DNA from: Bacteroidota bacterium
Lineage (GTDB): Bacteria; Bacteroidota; Bacteroidia; Flavobacteriales_D; Sanyastnellaceae
Direction: 5' to 3'
DNA length: 38,777 nt
Assembly: GCA_046051235.1 (NCBI GenBank)
Contig: JBJOON010000002.1
Span: forward strand, 1 to 38,777
Positions 8,697-18,063 of this stretch are shown piece by piece. How positions within the stretch are numbered: the first letter of the stretch is position 1; each line of letters opens with the position of its first letter. The position numbers and the translations under genes were made by a program. The notes under the pieces were generated by a model. That model searched no databases, was not told the origin of the DNA, and was given only the letters and a program-made list of their open reading frames with translations.

Positions 8697-9777
8697 GTGG
8701 ATCAGAAAATGCGGGGTTTTGTAAGAATGATGTATCTGTTAAACATTTCAAAAAAGCAATCAGGTCAGCCTTCGATTGAGCACTCAACTGCAGGCCTCCC
8801 ACCGTAAATTTCATAAACGGATCTATGGTTGCACTCGGAATTCCGCCGCTGTTGTAATGCTCTATCACCTCCTCCAGTGTCGTGAATCTTCCATCGTGCA
8901 TGTATGGTCCTGTAAGCTCAACATTGCGAAGCGTAGGTGTTTTGAATTTCCCATTGTCATAAACACTTCCTGAAACAGCACCGCGACCTAAGTCCGTAAA
9001 TGTGGCATCTAAGCCGTTGTTATGAAAGAGGTAATCGGTCATCTGCATACTTCCAAATCCATGACAGTGGAAACAGTCAGCACCAAAACTTCCACCAGGA
9101 ACTTGATCTGGACTTCCCCCTTCCGAAAGAAATAAATTAAACCCGTTAAGTTCTGATTGATTGAACTGGTATTGTCCTATGCGTTGCTTATCGAATTTCG
9201 AATTCGCTGAAATCATTGTTCTTAAAAAAGAAGCAATCGCCTTTGAAATCTTTTCCTTAGTAACTTCAGTTGAACCGAATGCCTTATAAAACAACGCATC
9301 GTATTTTGGATCTGAATCTATTTGCTCAATCGCACGATCCCAGTTCTCATCCATTTCAATTGGATTTACAATCGGATCAGCAATTTGTGCCTCGAGCGTT
9401 GGTTCTCTTCCGTCCCAAAAAAATGAAGTCGACCACCCCATATTAATCAAGGGCATTGCTTGCCGTGTTCCGACATCTCCGTTTATTCCTACAGAAAACT
9501 GTCGAGGATCTGAAAAACCGTGTTCCGGTAAATGGCACGTTCCACAAGACATGGCGTCGTTACCACTCAACTTCTTTTCCCAAAATAAATACCTTCCCAA
9601 TTGAATTCCTTCAACGGTTAAAGGATTATCTGCAGGAATATCCATGGGTGGAAAAAAGGGTGGAATAACCAAATTATATGGAGTAGCTGTTGGACCTTCA
9701 GGCGCCTCATGCTTGCATGTCCACAAAAGACTTGCAAGAGCAATCAGAAAAAAATAGGTGAAACGGCGCGTGGTCAT
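8689..9777 (-). CDS. Di-haem cytochrome c peroxidase / MauG-family lipoprotein (second paralogue)
   Basis: It has a lipoprotein signal (LLWTC). Two CxxCH motifs are present (CGTCH at residues 78-82, CFHCH at 235-239), plus the family motifs FKTPTLRNVELTGPYMHDG and FWDGR. Confidence 0.85.
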   Translation of the reverse strand: MTTRRFTYFFLIALASLLWTCKHEAPEGPTATPYNLVIPPFFPPMDIPADNPLTVEGIQLGRYLFWEKKLSGNDAMSCGTCHLPEHGFSDPRQFSVGINGDVGTRQAMPLINMGWSTSFFWDGREPTLEAQIADPIVNPIEMDENWDRAIEQIDSDPKYDALFYKAFGSTEVTKEKISKAIASFLRTMISANSKFDKQRIGQYQFNQSELNGFNLFLSEGGSPDQVPGGSFGADCFHCHGFGSMQMTDYLFHNNGLDATFTDLGRGAVSGSVYDNGKFKTPTLRNVELTGPYMHDGRFTTLEEVIEHYNSGGIPSATIDPFMKFTVGGLQLSAQSKADLIAFLKCLTDTSFLQNPAFSDPHE

Positions 9778-9822
9778 ACTCCAAAAATACGCGAGAAAGA
9801 ATAAACAATTTTATTTGATTCG

Positions 9823-10830
9823 CTAATCTTCGTAAGCGACCAAGAATTTCTCATTCTGAACAAAATTCCAATCGGTCAACGTCTTTAAAAAAGCAACCAA
9901 TGCCTGTTCTTCCTCCTTCGACAAATTCAATGGTTTTACTCTTGAATCCCGGGTAACACTTGCTCCTCCTCCACTGTTGTAAAACGAAACCACCTCTTCC
10001 AACGAACTCATGAAACCGTTGTGCATGTATGGCGCTGTTAATTCAATATTGCGTAATGTTGGCGTCTTGAATTTACCTCTATCCGCCTCCGAATAAGTTC
10101 TACGCTCCAACCCAATGTCGGCATCTTCAAAGCCCAAACTGTAGAATTTGTAATCAGTGAAAAAGGGGAGTGAATGACAACTGCTGCACTGGGTTCGTTC
10201 TGAAAAAAACAAGTCCATGCCCTGCTTTTCCAATTCGGAATAATCATTCGACTTCAAAAAATAATGACGGTCAAATTTCGAATCACCACTAATCAAAGCA
10301 CGTTGGAAACAAGCGAGCGCTCGTGTTATTACAAACGCATCCAATTCCCTTCCGTATGCGGCTTTGCTCAATTCAGCGTAATTCGATTTACTTTTCAATC
10401 GACCAACGACATCCTCCATGCTCAACGACAATTCATGTTTTTCATGAATGGGGCCTAGTGCCTGCAACTCCAAAGTTGGCACTCCGCCTTCCGACATGAA
10501 GTAGGGCGACCATGCTAAATTCGCCAAGGTTGGCGCGTTTCGAGCGAATTCATTTTCATGGAAGGAAGAGACCGTTCTTCCATCTGTAAAAGCCGAAGGC
10601 AAGCGATGGCAAGACGCACACGATTGATCTTCGTTCTTCGACAATTGTTTTTCGTAAAACAATTTTTTTCCTAATTCGAATCGAAGAAGTGTTGGCTCGT
10701 TTCCTTCAGGGAAAATTATTGAAGGAAAATAATGCGGTTGTTTGAATGAAGTGGAGCGGTCCTGTAATCCTTCATTGGCGCAGCCAACAAGAATTCCAAC
10801 TACGAAAAAAAATGAAACTATTTTTCTCAT
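9823..10830 (-). CDS. Di-haem cytochrome c peroxidase / MauG-family lipoprotein, MbnH-like by context
   Basis: It has a lipoprotein signal (ILVGC), two CxxCH motifs (CASCH, CSSCH) and FKTPTLRNIELTAPYMHNG. Its start overlaps the stop of the upstream MbnP-like gene (ATGA at 10827-10830). Confidence 0.8.
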   Translation of the reverse strand: MRKIVSFFFVVGILVGCANEGLQDRSTSFKQPHYFPSIIFPEGNEPTLLRFELGKKLFYEKQLSKNEDQSCASCHRLPSAFTDGRTVSSFHENEFARNAPTLANLAWSPYFMSEGGVPTLELQALGPIHEKHELSLSMEDVVGRLKSKSNYAELSKAAYGRELDAFVITRALACFQRALISGDSKFDRHYFLKSNDYSELEKQGMDLFFSERTQCSSCHSLPFFTDYKFYSLGFEDADIGLERRTYSEADRGKFKTPTLRNIELTAPYMHNGFMSSLEEVVSFYNSGGGASVTRDSRVKPLNLSKEEEQALVAFLKTLTDWNFVQNEKFLVAYED

Positions 10831-11585
10831 TGAAGGTGAAACGCAGTCACAAAATTATTCGTCATGCGCTCTGCCAAAGGATAATTCGAAGTGGTATGCG
10901 TAAGATTGTCAATCGATAAATCAATCGGATCTGCAGGTCTATTGAACACGCTGTCAACAGCCACTTCAATGTTGAATGTGCGCCCATCACCTTCCGCCAA
11001 ACTCACACTTCCTGTATTGAAATGAAGCACACGATACAGCGGATCGTCACCCATGTGGTAAGAATAGGAATCCATCAAAGGCGCATTAGGCAAGCCTGTC
11101 AGCTCATACCTTCCTTCCACCTTCACGAAAATATAGCCGGTGTTCCAATACCAAAACATTCCGTTGGAACCTTGCACACTCAATGGATTCGCGTTTGCAT
11201 ACTGCGAAGGATCCACGTTCTTGTTCAAATTACCAGGAACACCAACACCGAATGATAGCGAAGAAAAAGACTGTGGGGACACATTCAGCGAAAGCGTTTG
11301 CGGTTCAAGCAAGGTGAATAAAAACGCTTGCTTCAACAAGGTCGAATCGGCACCGTTGTGGGCATAGATATTCGACAAATAAAACTGAATATTCTCAACG
11401 CGAAGGTGCTGTCCAAGTGAATTGGTGTAAACGGAATCAATGGAAAGCGGATGACCGTTGTAGGTTGGAATAAACTTTAAGTGAACCTTGGTCTCAGGAG
11501 TAGAAGGCGTATCTCCTCCGCACGACCCGAGCAATAAGCCAAGTATAACGACGACGAAATAATTATTCACAATTTTTATTTTCAT
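10827..11585 (-). CDS. MbnP-like putative copper-binding lipoprotein
   Basis: It has a lipoprotein signal (LLLGSCGG), is about 250 aa and appears all-beta. It carries FIPTYNGHPL...ENIQFYLSNI and MFWYWNTGYIFVKVEG motifs that I recall from MbnP-family proteins. It sits immediately upstream of a di-haem MauG-like gene. The family assignment is by recollection and context only. Confidence 0.55.
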   Translation of the reverse strand: MKIKIVNNYFVVVILGLLLGSCGGDTPSTPETKVHLKFIPTYNGHPLSIDSVYTNSLGQHLRVENIQFYLSNIYAHNGADSTLLKQAFLFTLLEPQTLSLNVSPQSFSSLSFGVGVPGNLNKNVDPSQYANANPLSVQGSNGMFWYWNTGYIFVKVEGRYELTGLPNAPLMDSYSYHMGDDPLYRVLHFNTGSVSLAEGDGRTFNIEVAVDSVFNRPADPIDLSIDNLTHTTSNYPLAERMTNNFVTAFHLQ

Positions 11586-11655
11586 TGCTACATGGATTTA
11601 ATTTCACTTCACGAATTAAAGATAGCATTCAATTCAATTAACAGACTTGCTCTTG

Positions 11656-14600
11656 ATGGAAAAACAACCCTTTCTTGTATTAAAAAGTTCTGCGGGTAGC
11701 GGAAAGACCTATGCCTTGGTTAGACACTTCCTTTTTTTAAGTTTAAAAAGCGAAGAGCCATACGCTTATAGCCACATCCTGGCCATTACGTTTACCAACG
11801 CGGCTGCCTCTGAAATGAAAGAACGTGTTATGGAGCGTCTGCATGAATTCACCTTCGTTCAGGCTTTGGAGGGAAAGAACGAATTGTTCAACGACATTCG
11901 AAAGGAACTCGATGTTTCCCCGATGATTTTGCAAGAGCGCGCGCGAAAAACACTTTCGCACATGCTTCACAATTATTCACGCTTGAGCATAAGTACAATC
12001 GATAGTTTCACGCATCGCATCGTTCGCGCATTCGCAAAAGATCTGCAGATACATCCGAACTTCTTCATTCAAATGGACACCGAGAAGTTTCTTGAGCAAT
12101 GCGTTGACGCGTGCCTCGATGAAGTGGGTGAAGACGCGGAATTGACGACCTATCTGGAAAACTACGTGCTCAGCAATTTCGAAGAAGAAGAAGATTGGAA
12201 TGTCCGCAAAGGCATGATCGGAATTTCCAAGCAGCTGGTGAAGGAAGACGCGAAAAACATTCTTTCGCTATTCGAAAATCTACACATTACTGAATACGAT
12301 TTAATTAAGAAGGCTTTTCAGAATAAGCTCCAGGAATTGACCAAAGAATTGTTCGAACGCATTGATCAGATTCTAGATTTGATTGAAGAAAAAAATCTAG
12401 GTCTACAGGACTTCTTTAATAATGGAAATGGGACTCTGAGTTATCTCAAAAAAATAAGATCAGCAGAATTTGTAAATCCAGGAGCATACTTCCATCGCGT
12501 AATTGAAAAGGGCTGGGGTAAACCGAAGCAAGCTGAAGTAGAAGCATTGAACGGAAAATTAAATGAAGTTGCTGAATTCGTTCTTGATTGGATTTCCGGA
12601 AATAACAAACACGAATTCAACCGCATCAGTAAAATTCTTCCAAGGATATATACAACAGGATTATTAAGCAAACTGAATGAAGTAAGTGTCCGAATAAAAT
12701 CGGAAGAAAACCTACTTCTTATTTCAGACTTTCACGCCATTGTATCTGCAGTTGTTCAAGAAAGCACTGCGCCATTCATATACGAGCGTGCAGGTGAGCG
12801 TTATCATCACATTCTTATCGACGAGTTTCAAGACACTTCAGAAATGCAATGGAAGAACTTTCTTCCGTTGTTTGAAAACGCCATTGCACAAGGGAATTTC
12901 AATTTGGTTGTTGGAGATGGGAAGCAGAGTATTTACAGATGGAGAAATGGAAATGTTGAACAATTCGTTCGACTTCCAAAATTATTCGACGGAGCGCCCG
13001 ATACCATGCAGTTGTTGTTGAACGATGCCTATAAAGAGCAAGTCTTAAACACCAACAGAAGAAGTGGCAAAGCCATTATTGAATTTAACAATACGTTATT
13101 TGGAGCATTGAAAGAAAAGCTCGGTCCGCTTCAAGATGTTTTTGACAAACACGAGCAAGAATGCAGCAAAAACCATCCGGGATATGTGGAAGTTCAAACC
13201 CATGTGGTCGAAAAAAAGGACTCAAAGGAATCGAAAGATTTACATATGCTAAATGGCATTGTTGAAGCTATTCGCGAATGTCGCGCCGACGGATACGAAT
13301 GGGGTGATATTGCAATACTCACACGAAAAGGAAAATCAGAGTCGACAAAAATTTCTGAATTCATTCTTCAACAAACAGAAAAAATACCACTCACTACTGA
13401 GGATAGTTTCTTGGTGCAAAATTCCAACGAAGTGCAGTTGCTTATGGCGTGTATTAACTACTTCGGAAAAGAGACCGAGAATTTTTATCGCTTCAATTTG
13501 ATTCGCAGAATCTGCGATGTCTTTCCAGATAAATTCAACTACAGTGAAATTATTTCCACTTACGTTGAGCAATTGGAAAAAGGAAAACTTCGTTTTAAGG
13601 TAAATGAATTCTTAGATGAACATTACCCCGGACTTCGAGATATTGTGAAGAGCAATGTCCATCCGTTTGAATGCATTCAAGAACTCATTCGTTATTTCCA
13701 ATTGCAATTCGATGTGTATTTGGAATTTTTCGAAAATCAATTGTTGCAACTCTCTCACCGCAATGGAATGGGATTTTCAGAAATGACAGATTGGTGGAAC
13801 GACAACAAGAACAAATTGTACATTCAAAGTGGTGAGCAACAAAATGCTGTTCGCATACTAACTATTCATAAAAGTAAAGGGCTTCAATTTCCAGTTGTCA
13901 TCTTCCCGAAATTCGATACGAAACATCCGAATCAAACGCTTTGGGTAAGCGCACCAAATGTTCATCCGGGATTCACAAAAGGACTTATCAATTTCACTCC
14001 GAGCAAGTCACCGAAAGATGATGATCCGGAAGAACTTCAAACAGAAAACAACAAGATCTTACTCGACGACATGAACCTGCTTTACGTAGCGCTCACGCGT
14101 CCGGAAGAGCGATTGTATTTCCTTACTGAAAGCAAACCTTCATCGTCGAATAGTGCTTTAAATGCGTATCTCTACGATTATTTCAACGCGAAAACTGTGG
14201 CGCTACTTGATGGAACGCGCTTAAATGCGGTTCAACCGGACTTCCGTATGCGTGAAACGAAACGCAAAGATTTGGAAGGAAAAGAAGCACTTGTTATGGG
14301 AAATCATTTGCATGCTTGTCTTTCAACTTTGAATCATTTCAATTCGTGGGAAGAATCGCTTTCGAATTACATCTTCGAACACACCGAACTTCAAACCAAC
14401 GAAAAAGAGCTTCTTTCGAATCAGGTAAAAGCGACGGTCATGAACGATTCGTTTCAACAGATATTCAAAACGGAAGATGAGGTTCTAACAGAGCACGATG
14501 TTCAAATCAATGTTCGGGAAGTGGCACGTCCTGATCGAATTCACTTAAATGCTGAATACGTTGAAGTCTACGATTTCAAAACGGGTGCAGAAATGGACAA

Positions 14601-14715
14601 GCATCTTCAGCAAGTGAAGAATTACATGAGTGCGCTACAAAGCGCAACAGACAAGCCTGTTAGAGGATACCTTGCTTACACAAAAACGGGAACGTTGAAA
14701 GAAGTGGCGCTCTAA
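11656..14715 (+). CDS. AddA/RecB-like UvrD-family helicase fused to a C-terminal PD-(D/E)XK nuclease
   Basis: SF1 motifs are present: SSAGSGKTYAL (Walker A), DEFQDTS (II), GDGKQSIYRWRNG (III), TIHKSKGLQFPVV, and LLYVALTRPEERLY (VI). The C-terminus has RPDRI...VEVYDFKTG...QVKNYMSAL (D...D-x-K, QxxxY). The ATG at 11656 is preferred over the TTG at 11647. Confidence 0.85.
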   Translation: MEKQPFLVLKSSAGSGKTYALVRHFLFLSLKSEEPYAYSHILAITFTNAAASEMKERVMERLHEFTFVQALEGKNELFNDIRKELDVSPMILQERARKTLSHMLHNYSRLSISTIDSFTHRIVRAFAKDLQIHPNFFIQMDTEKFLEQCVDACLDEVGEDAELTTYLENYVLSNFEEEEDWNVRKGMIGISKQLVKEDAKNILSLFENLHITEYDLIKKAFQNKLQELTKELFERIDQILDLIEEKNLGLQDFFNNGNGTLSYLKKIRSAEFVNPGAYFHRVIEKGWGKPKQAEVEALNGKLNEVAEFVLDWISGNNKHEFNRISKILPRIYTTGLLSKLNEVSVRIKSEENLLLISDFHAIVSAVVQESTAPFIYERAGERYHHILIDEFQDTSEMQWKNFLPLFENAIAQGNFNLVVGDGKQSIYRWRNGNVEQFVRLPKLFDGAPDTMQLLLNDAYKEQVLNTNRRSGKAIIEFNNTLFGALKEKLGPLQDVFDKHEQECSKNHPGYVEVQTHVVEKKDSKESKDLHMLNGIVEAIRECRADGYEWGDIAILTRKGKSESTKISEFILQQTEKIPLTTEDSFLVQNSNEVQLLMACINYFGKETENFYRFNLIRRICDVFPDKFNYSEIISTYVEQLEKGKLRFKVNEFLDEHYPGLRDIVKSNVHPFECIQELIRYFQLQFDVYLEFFENQLLQLSHRNGMGFSEMTDWWNDNKNKLYIQSGEQQNAVRILTIHKSKGLQFPVVIFPKFDTKHPNQTLWVSAPNVHPGFTKGLINFTPSKSPKDDDPEELQTENNKILLDDMNLLYVALTRPEERLYFLTESKPSSSNSALNAYLYDYFNAKTVALLDGTRLNAVQPDFRMRETKRKDLEGKEALVMGNHLHACLSTLNHFNSWEESLSNYIFEHTELQTNEKELLSNQVKATVMNDSFQQIFKTEDEVLTEHDVQINVREVARPDRIHLNAEYVEVYDFKTGAEMDKHLQQVKNYMSALQSATDKPVRGYLAYTKTGTLKEVAL

Positions 14716-16005
14716 TTACTTAGCGCACAACGCTTCAATCTCTTCAACTTCCAACGGGAAATTCGCGAACAAATCGCGGTTTCCGTTTTCGGTAATCACA
14801 ATGTTGTTTTCTAAACGAATACCTAAATCTTCTTCCGGAATATAGATTCCCGGTTCAACAGTGAATACGTTTCCAACTTCAATAGGCTTGTTCCAATTTC
14901 CAACATCGTGAACATCCAATCCCAAGAAGTGAGATGTTCCGTGCATGAAATATTTCTTGTATGCCGGCCATGATGGATTCTGATTTTTCACATCTTCTTC
15001 CGAAATCAAATTCAACTTCAACAATTCCCCTGTCATCATCTCCCCTACTGCTGCATGGTATTCAGACATGATTACGCCAGGCTTCAAATAAGCAGTGGCT
15101 TGTTTCATAACAGAAAGAACTGCGTTGTATACGTCTTTTTGGCGTGGCGTAAATTTCCCGCTAACTGGTAAACAACGCGTCATGTCTGCTGCATAGTTAC
15201 CATACTCGGCACCAACATCAAGCAAAATAACATCGCCCTCTTTGCAAGGCTTATCGTTATCTATGTAATGGAGAACGCAAGCACTTTCGCCAGATGCGAT
15301 AATTGGAGTGTATGCAAATCCGCGTGAACCGCTACTCAAAAATTCGTGAGCGAATTCCGCTTCAATAACGTATTCCATTACACCCGGACGAATCATTTTC
15401 ATAACGCGCAACAAACCGTTGCGGGTAATGTCAACAGCTTTCTGAATTTGAGCAATTTCCTCTTCGTCCTTCACAGCACGAAGTGCATGCATAATTGGCG
15501 CAGAGCGCTCAATAGTATGATGAGGATATTTTTCACGGAACCACTTCGATAGGCGCATTTCGCGTGTTTCCACTTCAATGGTTGCACGTGAATGCTCGTT
15601 GCTATTCAAGTAAACTGAAGAGGCTTCACCGATTACAGTATGAAGTATTTTTTCGAATTCAGAACTCCAATAAATGGTATTCACACCTGTGCGATCTTTC
15701 GCTTGAGCCTTATTCAATTTCGCTCCTTCCCATACCGCAATGTGATCGTTCGTTTCACGAACAAAAAGCATTTCCCTGTGCGCAGGGTTTGTAGCATCTG
15801 GAAAAAGAATCAACATGGTTTCTTCTTGATCAACACCCGTCAAATAAAAAATATCGCTGTGTTGTTTGAAAGGCAGAGTACCATCGGCACTTGTCGGATA
15901 AATATCGTTGCTTGTGAAAATGGCTAATGCCTTCTCTTCCATGCGAGAGGCAAAGCGTTTGCGATTGTTTGAATAGTGTGTTGAAGAAAGAGCTGTGTAA
16001 CGCAT
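14716..16005 (-). CDS. pepP: Xaa-Pro aminopeptidase (M24B, aminopeptidase P family)
   Basis: It carries HGTSHFLGLDVHD, VEPGIYIPE and IRLENNIVIT metal-ligand motifs, plus an N-terminal creatinase-like domain. Confidence 0.9.
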   Translation of the reverse strand: MRYTALSSTHYSNNRKRFASRMEEKALAIFTSNDIYPTSADGTLPFKQHSDIFYLTGVDQEETMLILFPDATNPAHREMLFVRETNDHIAVWEGAKLNKAQAKDRTGVNTIYWSSEFEKILHTVIGEASSVYLNSNEHSRATIEVETREMRLSKWFREKYPHHTIERSAPIMHALRAVKDEEEIAQIQKAVDITRNGLLRVMKMIRPGVMEYVIEAEFAHEFLSSGSRGFAYTPIIASGESACVLHYIDNDKPCKEGDVILLDVGAEYGNYAADMTRCLPVSGKFTPRQKDVYNAVLSVMKQATAYLKPGVIMSEYHAAVGEMMTGELLKLNLISEEDVKNQNPSWPAYKKYFMHGTSHFLGLDVHDVGNWNKPIEVGNVFTVEPGIYIPEEDLGIRLENNIVITENGNRDLFANFPLEVEEIEALCAK

Positions 16006-16014
16006 AAAAATTAA

Positions 16015-18063
16015 TTACAATTTGATAAATCTAATTGAGTTTCCTTTACTCGTGGAATTAAATGGATGAATATTATAAACGCCAGAAGAAAGGTCTGAAA
16101 TCTCCAATGTATTCCAAACATTCAAGCTTAATGCGGTTATAATTCTGACAGTTCTTCCGGTGGCATCTTGAATAGCGACCTGCGTTGTTCCCTCACTCAA
16201 TGAATTTACACGCAAACGAATTTCATTTGATGCTGGATTCGGAAACACCTCAGTAGATGAAGAAAGAAGATTCGTAAGTTCAGATACATTTATCCCTTGA
16301 ACGCAAGAGCCGAAGATATATGATGGTATTCTTTCCGCATTATTATTAACGACATCTACAACTTCATCTATACAGATTTCATTATTTTCATAATTTGCTA
16401 TATACACACGGCACAAGCTTGTTGGGGCCAGATTGTTTTCGATTTTATTTCCGTAAATATTTGAAACTGCAAAAACGGATTCAGTAAATGTGTTGTAACC
16501 CGTTTCACAACTGAAAACACTTGGGTCTGCTAAACTTGAAACACCTATTACATCGGCACCCGAAATCTCAAATTGGTAAGCAGTTACATCATCAACTGCA
16601 CTCATTAACTCAATATCTATATATCCTTCTGAAGCATTGAAATTCGAAATTGATAGACCTGCTGACGTATTCACATTCACAATATTCCTTGGAAAATCAC
16701 AAGCATTGGTAATGGTAGAACCACCGTTTCCGCCGTTCATGCACCACTGTGCCAAGTAAATGTCATAAACAGAAATTTCACCATTTGCATTTAAGTCATT
16801 GCAAGTATTTGCATTAATATTCTCTTGCGATAAAATACCCATGTAGACGCTAACATCAGATGTATTCAAGGAATTGTCTGGGTTTACATCTCCAAAGATT
16901 GATGGACCGTTACAAACACCATTGCAATCCAATTCAGCGGATCCATTTATGCTTCCTGTGCAATCGATGTAGGAAGGGCAATCTGTCATTAATTCAAAAG
17001 TTGGGACACCATTATTCCAAAAAATCTCCATACAAACAGAAACTGCGTTGTTTTGAGTATTGCTCTCGTATCTGCCCAAAGCATCGGGTAAGTAATAAGG
17101 GTTTACTAAAGCAACAAAGCGGTATTGACCTGCAGGAATATCGGTAATATCTAACCACTGACATTGGGTGCCTGCTCCGTACACATCATAACATCCCGAT
17201 GAAATTCCCATATCTGAACAATTGTACTGACCAAAGCCGCACAAATCCATTACGCAAAATCCATTTTTGTGTCCAACTGGAACAAGATCGCCATTTTCAT
17301 CCATTAAACGATAATCTCCATATCCCTCATAATGTGTATGGCCGTGACAATTCACAGTACTAAACATTTCAGGATTAGCGGAGGGGTTGCCAATGTAATA
17401 ATCGGCCTGTCCTATATTGTCAATTTTGGAGCTAAACCCAATGATCCATCTGTTCCCATAACCCGTAACACAACCTTCTTGAACATCACATTCTGCGGCA
17501 CCAATTTGACTGATGTACAAAGAATTCACCAACGCCAAACTATCAAATCTCAAATCGGGTTGCGAGCAAAGTTCACTTGGAAAAAATGCACACGAACCGT
17601 CATCAGCAGTGGCCATTGGATTAAAATTACAGGCTGTAGGATTGGTACAACCTAAAATTTGTCCTTGGTAAAAAATGTTGAAATTCACAGATCCTGGACA
17701 ATCCGTGTAATAATCACCAATTCTTATAATATAAGTTGTTCCCGCAATTAGGTTTACTTCGAGTTGAGCTTGCAAACCACAATAATCGTCATTGTAAGAA
17801 TAGGTTCCTTCTGCAAATTCCGTTGGATCTGCAATGCACGCAGAATAAACCCAGATTTTAGTATCACAACTATTGGATCCACAAGTTGAAACAACGGTTA
17901 TTCCTGATTCACTCGGGGTGTACGCATACCATGTATCCTCGAAATCGGCCACATAATCGCCAGTCGTTGTTATAGGAATTGGATTATCACATGTTGTTCC
18001 TTGCTGTGCATGAGCAGATAACACTAAAACAAAACAGGCAAAAAGTAAAATTAATTTCTTCAT
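16015..18063 (-). CDS. T9SS-secreted multidomain protein with a lysyl-oxidase-like catalytic domain, dockerin-like repeats and a type-A Por C-terminal sorting domain
   Basis: It has a signal peptide (LVLSAHAQ). The LOX-like block spans residues about 165-345 (nt 17029-17571): NCHGHTHYEGY, GHKNGFCVMD, GCYDVYGAGTQCQWLDITDIPAGQY, NPYYLP...ESNTQNN. Two DxNxD/NxxxxxxD Ca-loop repeats lie at residues 390-445. The C-terminus (VFPNPASNEIRLRV...LSSGVYNI...IRFIKL) matches a T9SS type-A CTD. Confidence 0.8.
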   Translation of the reverse strand: MKKLILLFACFVLVLSAHAQQGTTCDNPIPITTTGDYVADFEDTWYAYTPSESGITVVSTCGSNSCDTKIWVYSACIADPTEFAEGTYSYNDDYCGLQAQLEVNLIAGTTYIIRIGDYYTDCPGSVNFNIFYQGQILGCTNPTACNFNPMATADDGSCAFFPSELCSQPDLRFDSLALVNSLYISQIGAAECDVQEGCVTGYGNRWIIGFSSKIDNIGQADYYIGNPSANPEMFSTVNCHGHTHYEGYGDYRLMDENGDLVPVGHKNGFCVMDLCGFGQYNCSDMGISSGCYDVYGAGTQCQWLDITDIPAGQYRFVALVNPYYLPDALGRYESNTQNNAVSVCMEIFWNNGVPTFELMTDCPSYIDCTGSINGSAELDCNGVCNGPSIFGDVNPDNSLNTSDVSVYMGILSQENINANTCNDLNANGEISVYDIYLAQWCMNGGNGGSTITNACDFPRNIVNVNTSAGLSISNFNASEGYIDIELMSAVDDVTAYQFEISGADVIGVSSLADPSVFSCETGYNTFTESVFAVSNIYGNKIENNLAPTSLCRVYIANYENNEICIDEVVDVVNNNAERIPSYIFGSCVQGINVSELTNLLSSSTEVFPNPASNEIRLRVNSLSEGTTQVAIQDATGRTVRIITALSLNVWNTLEISDLSSGVYNIHPFNSTSKGNSIRFIKL

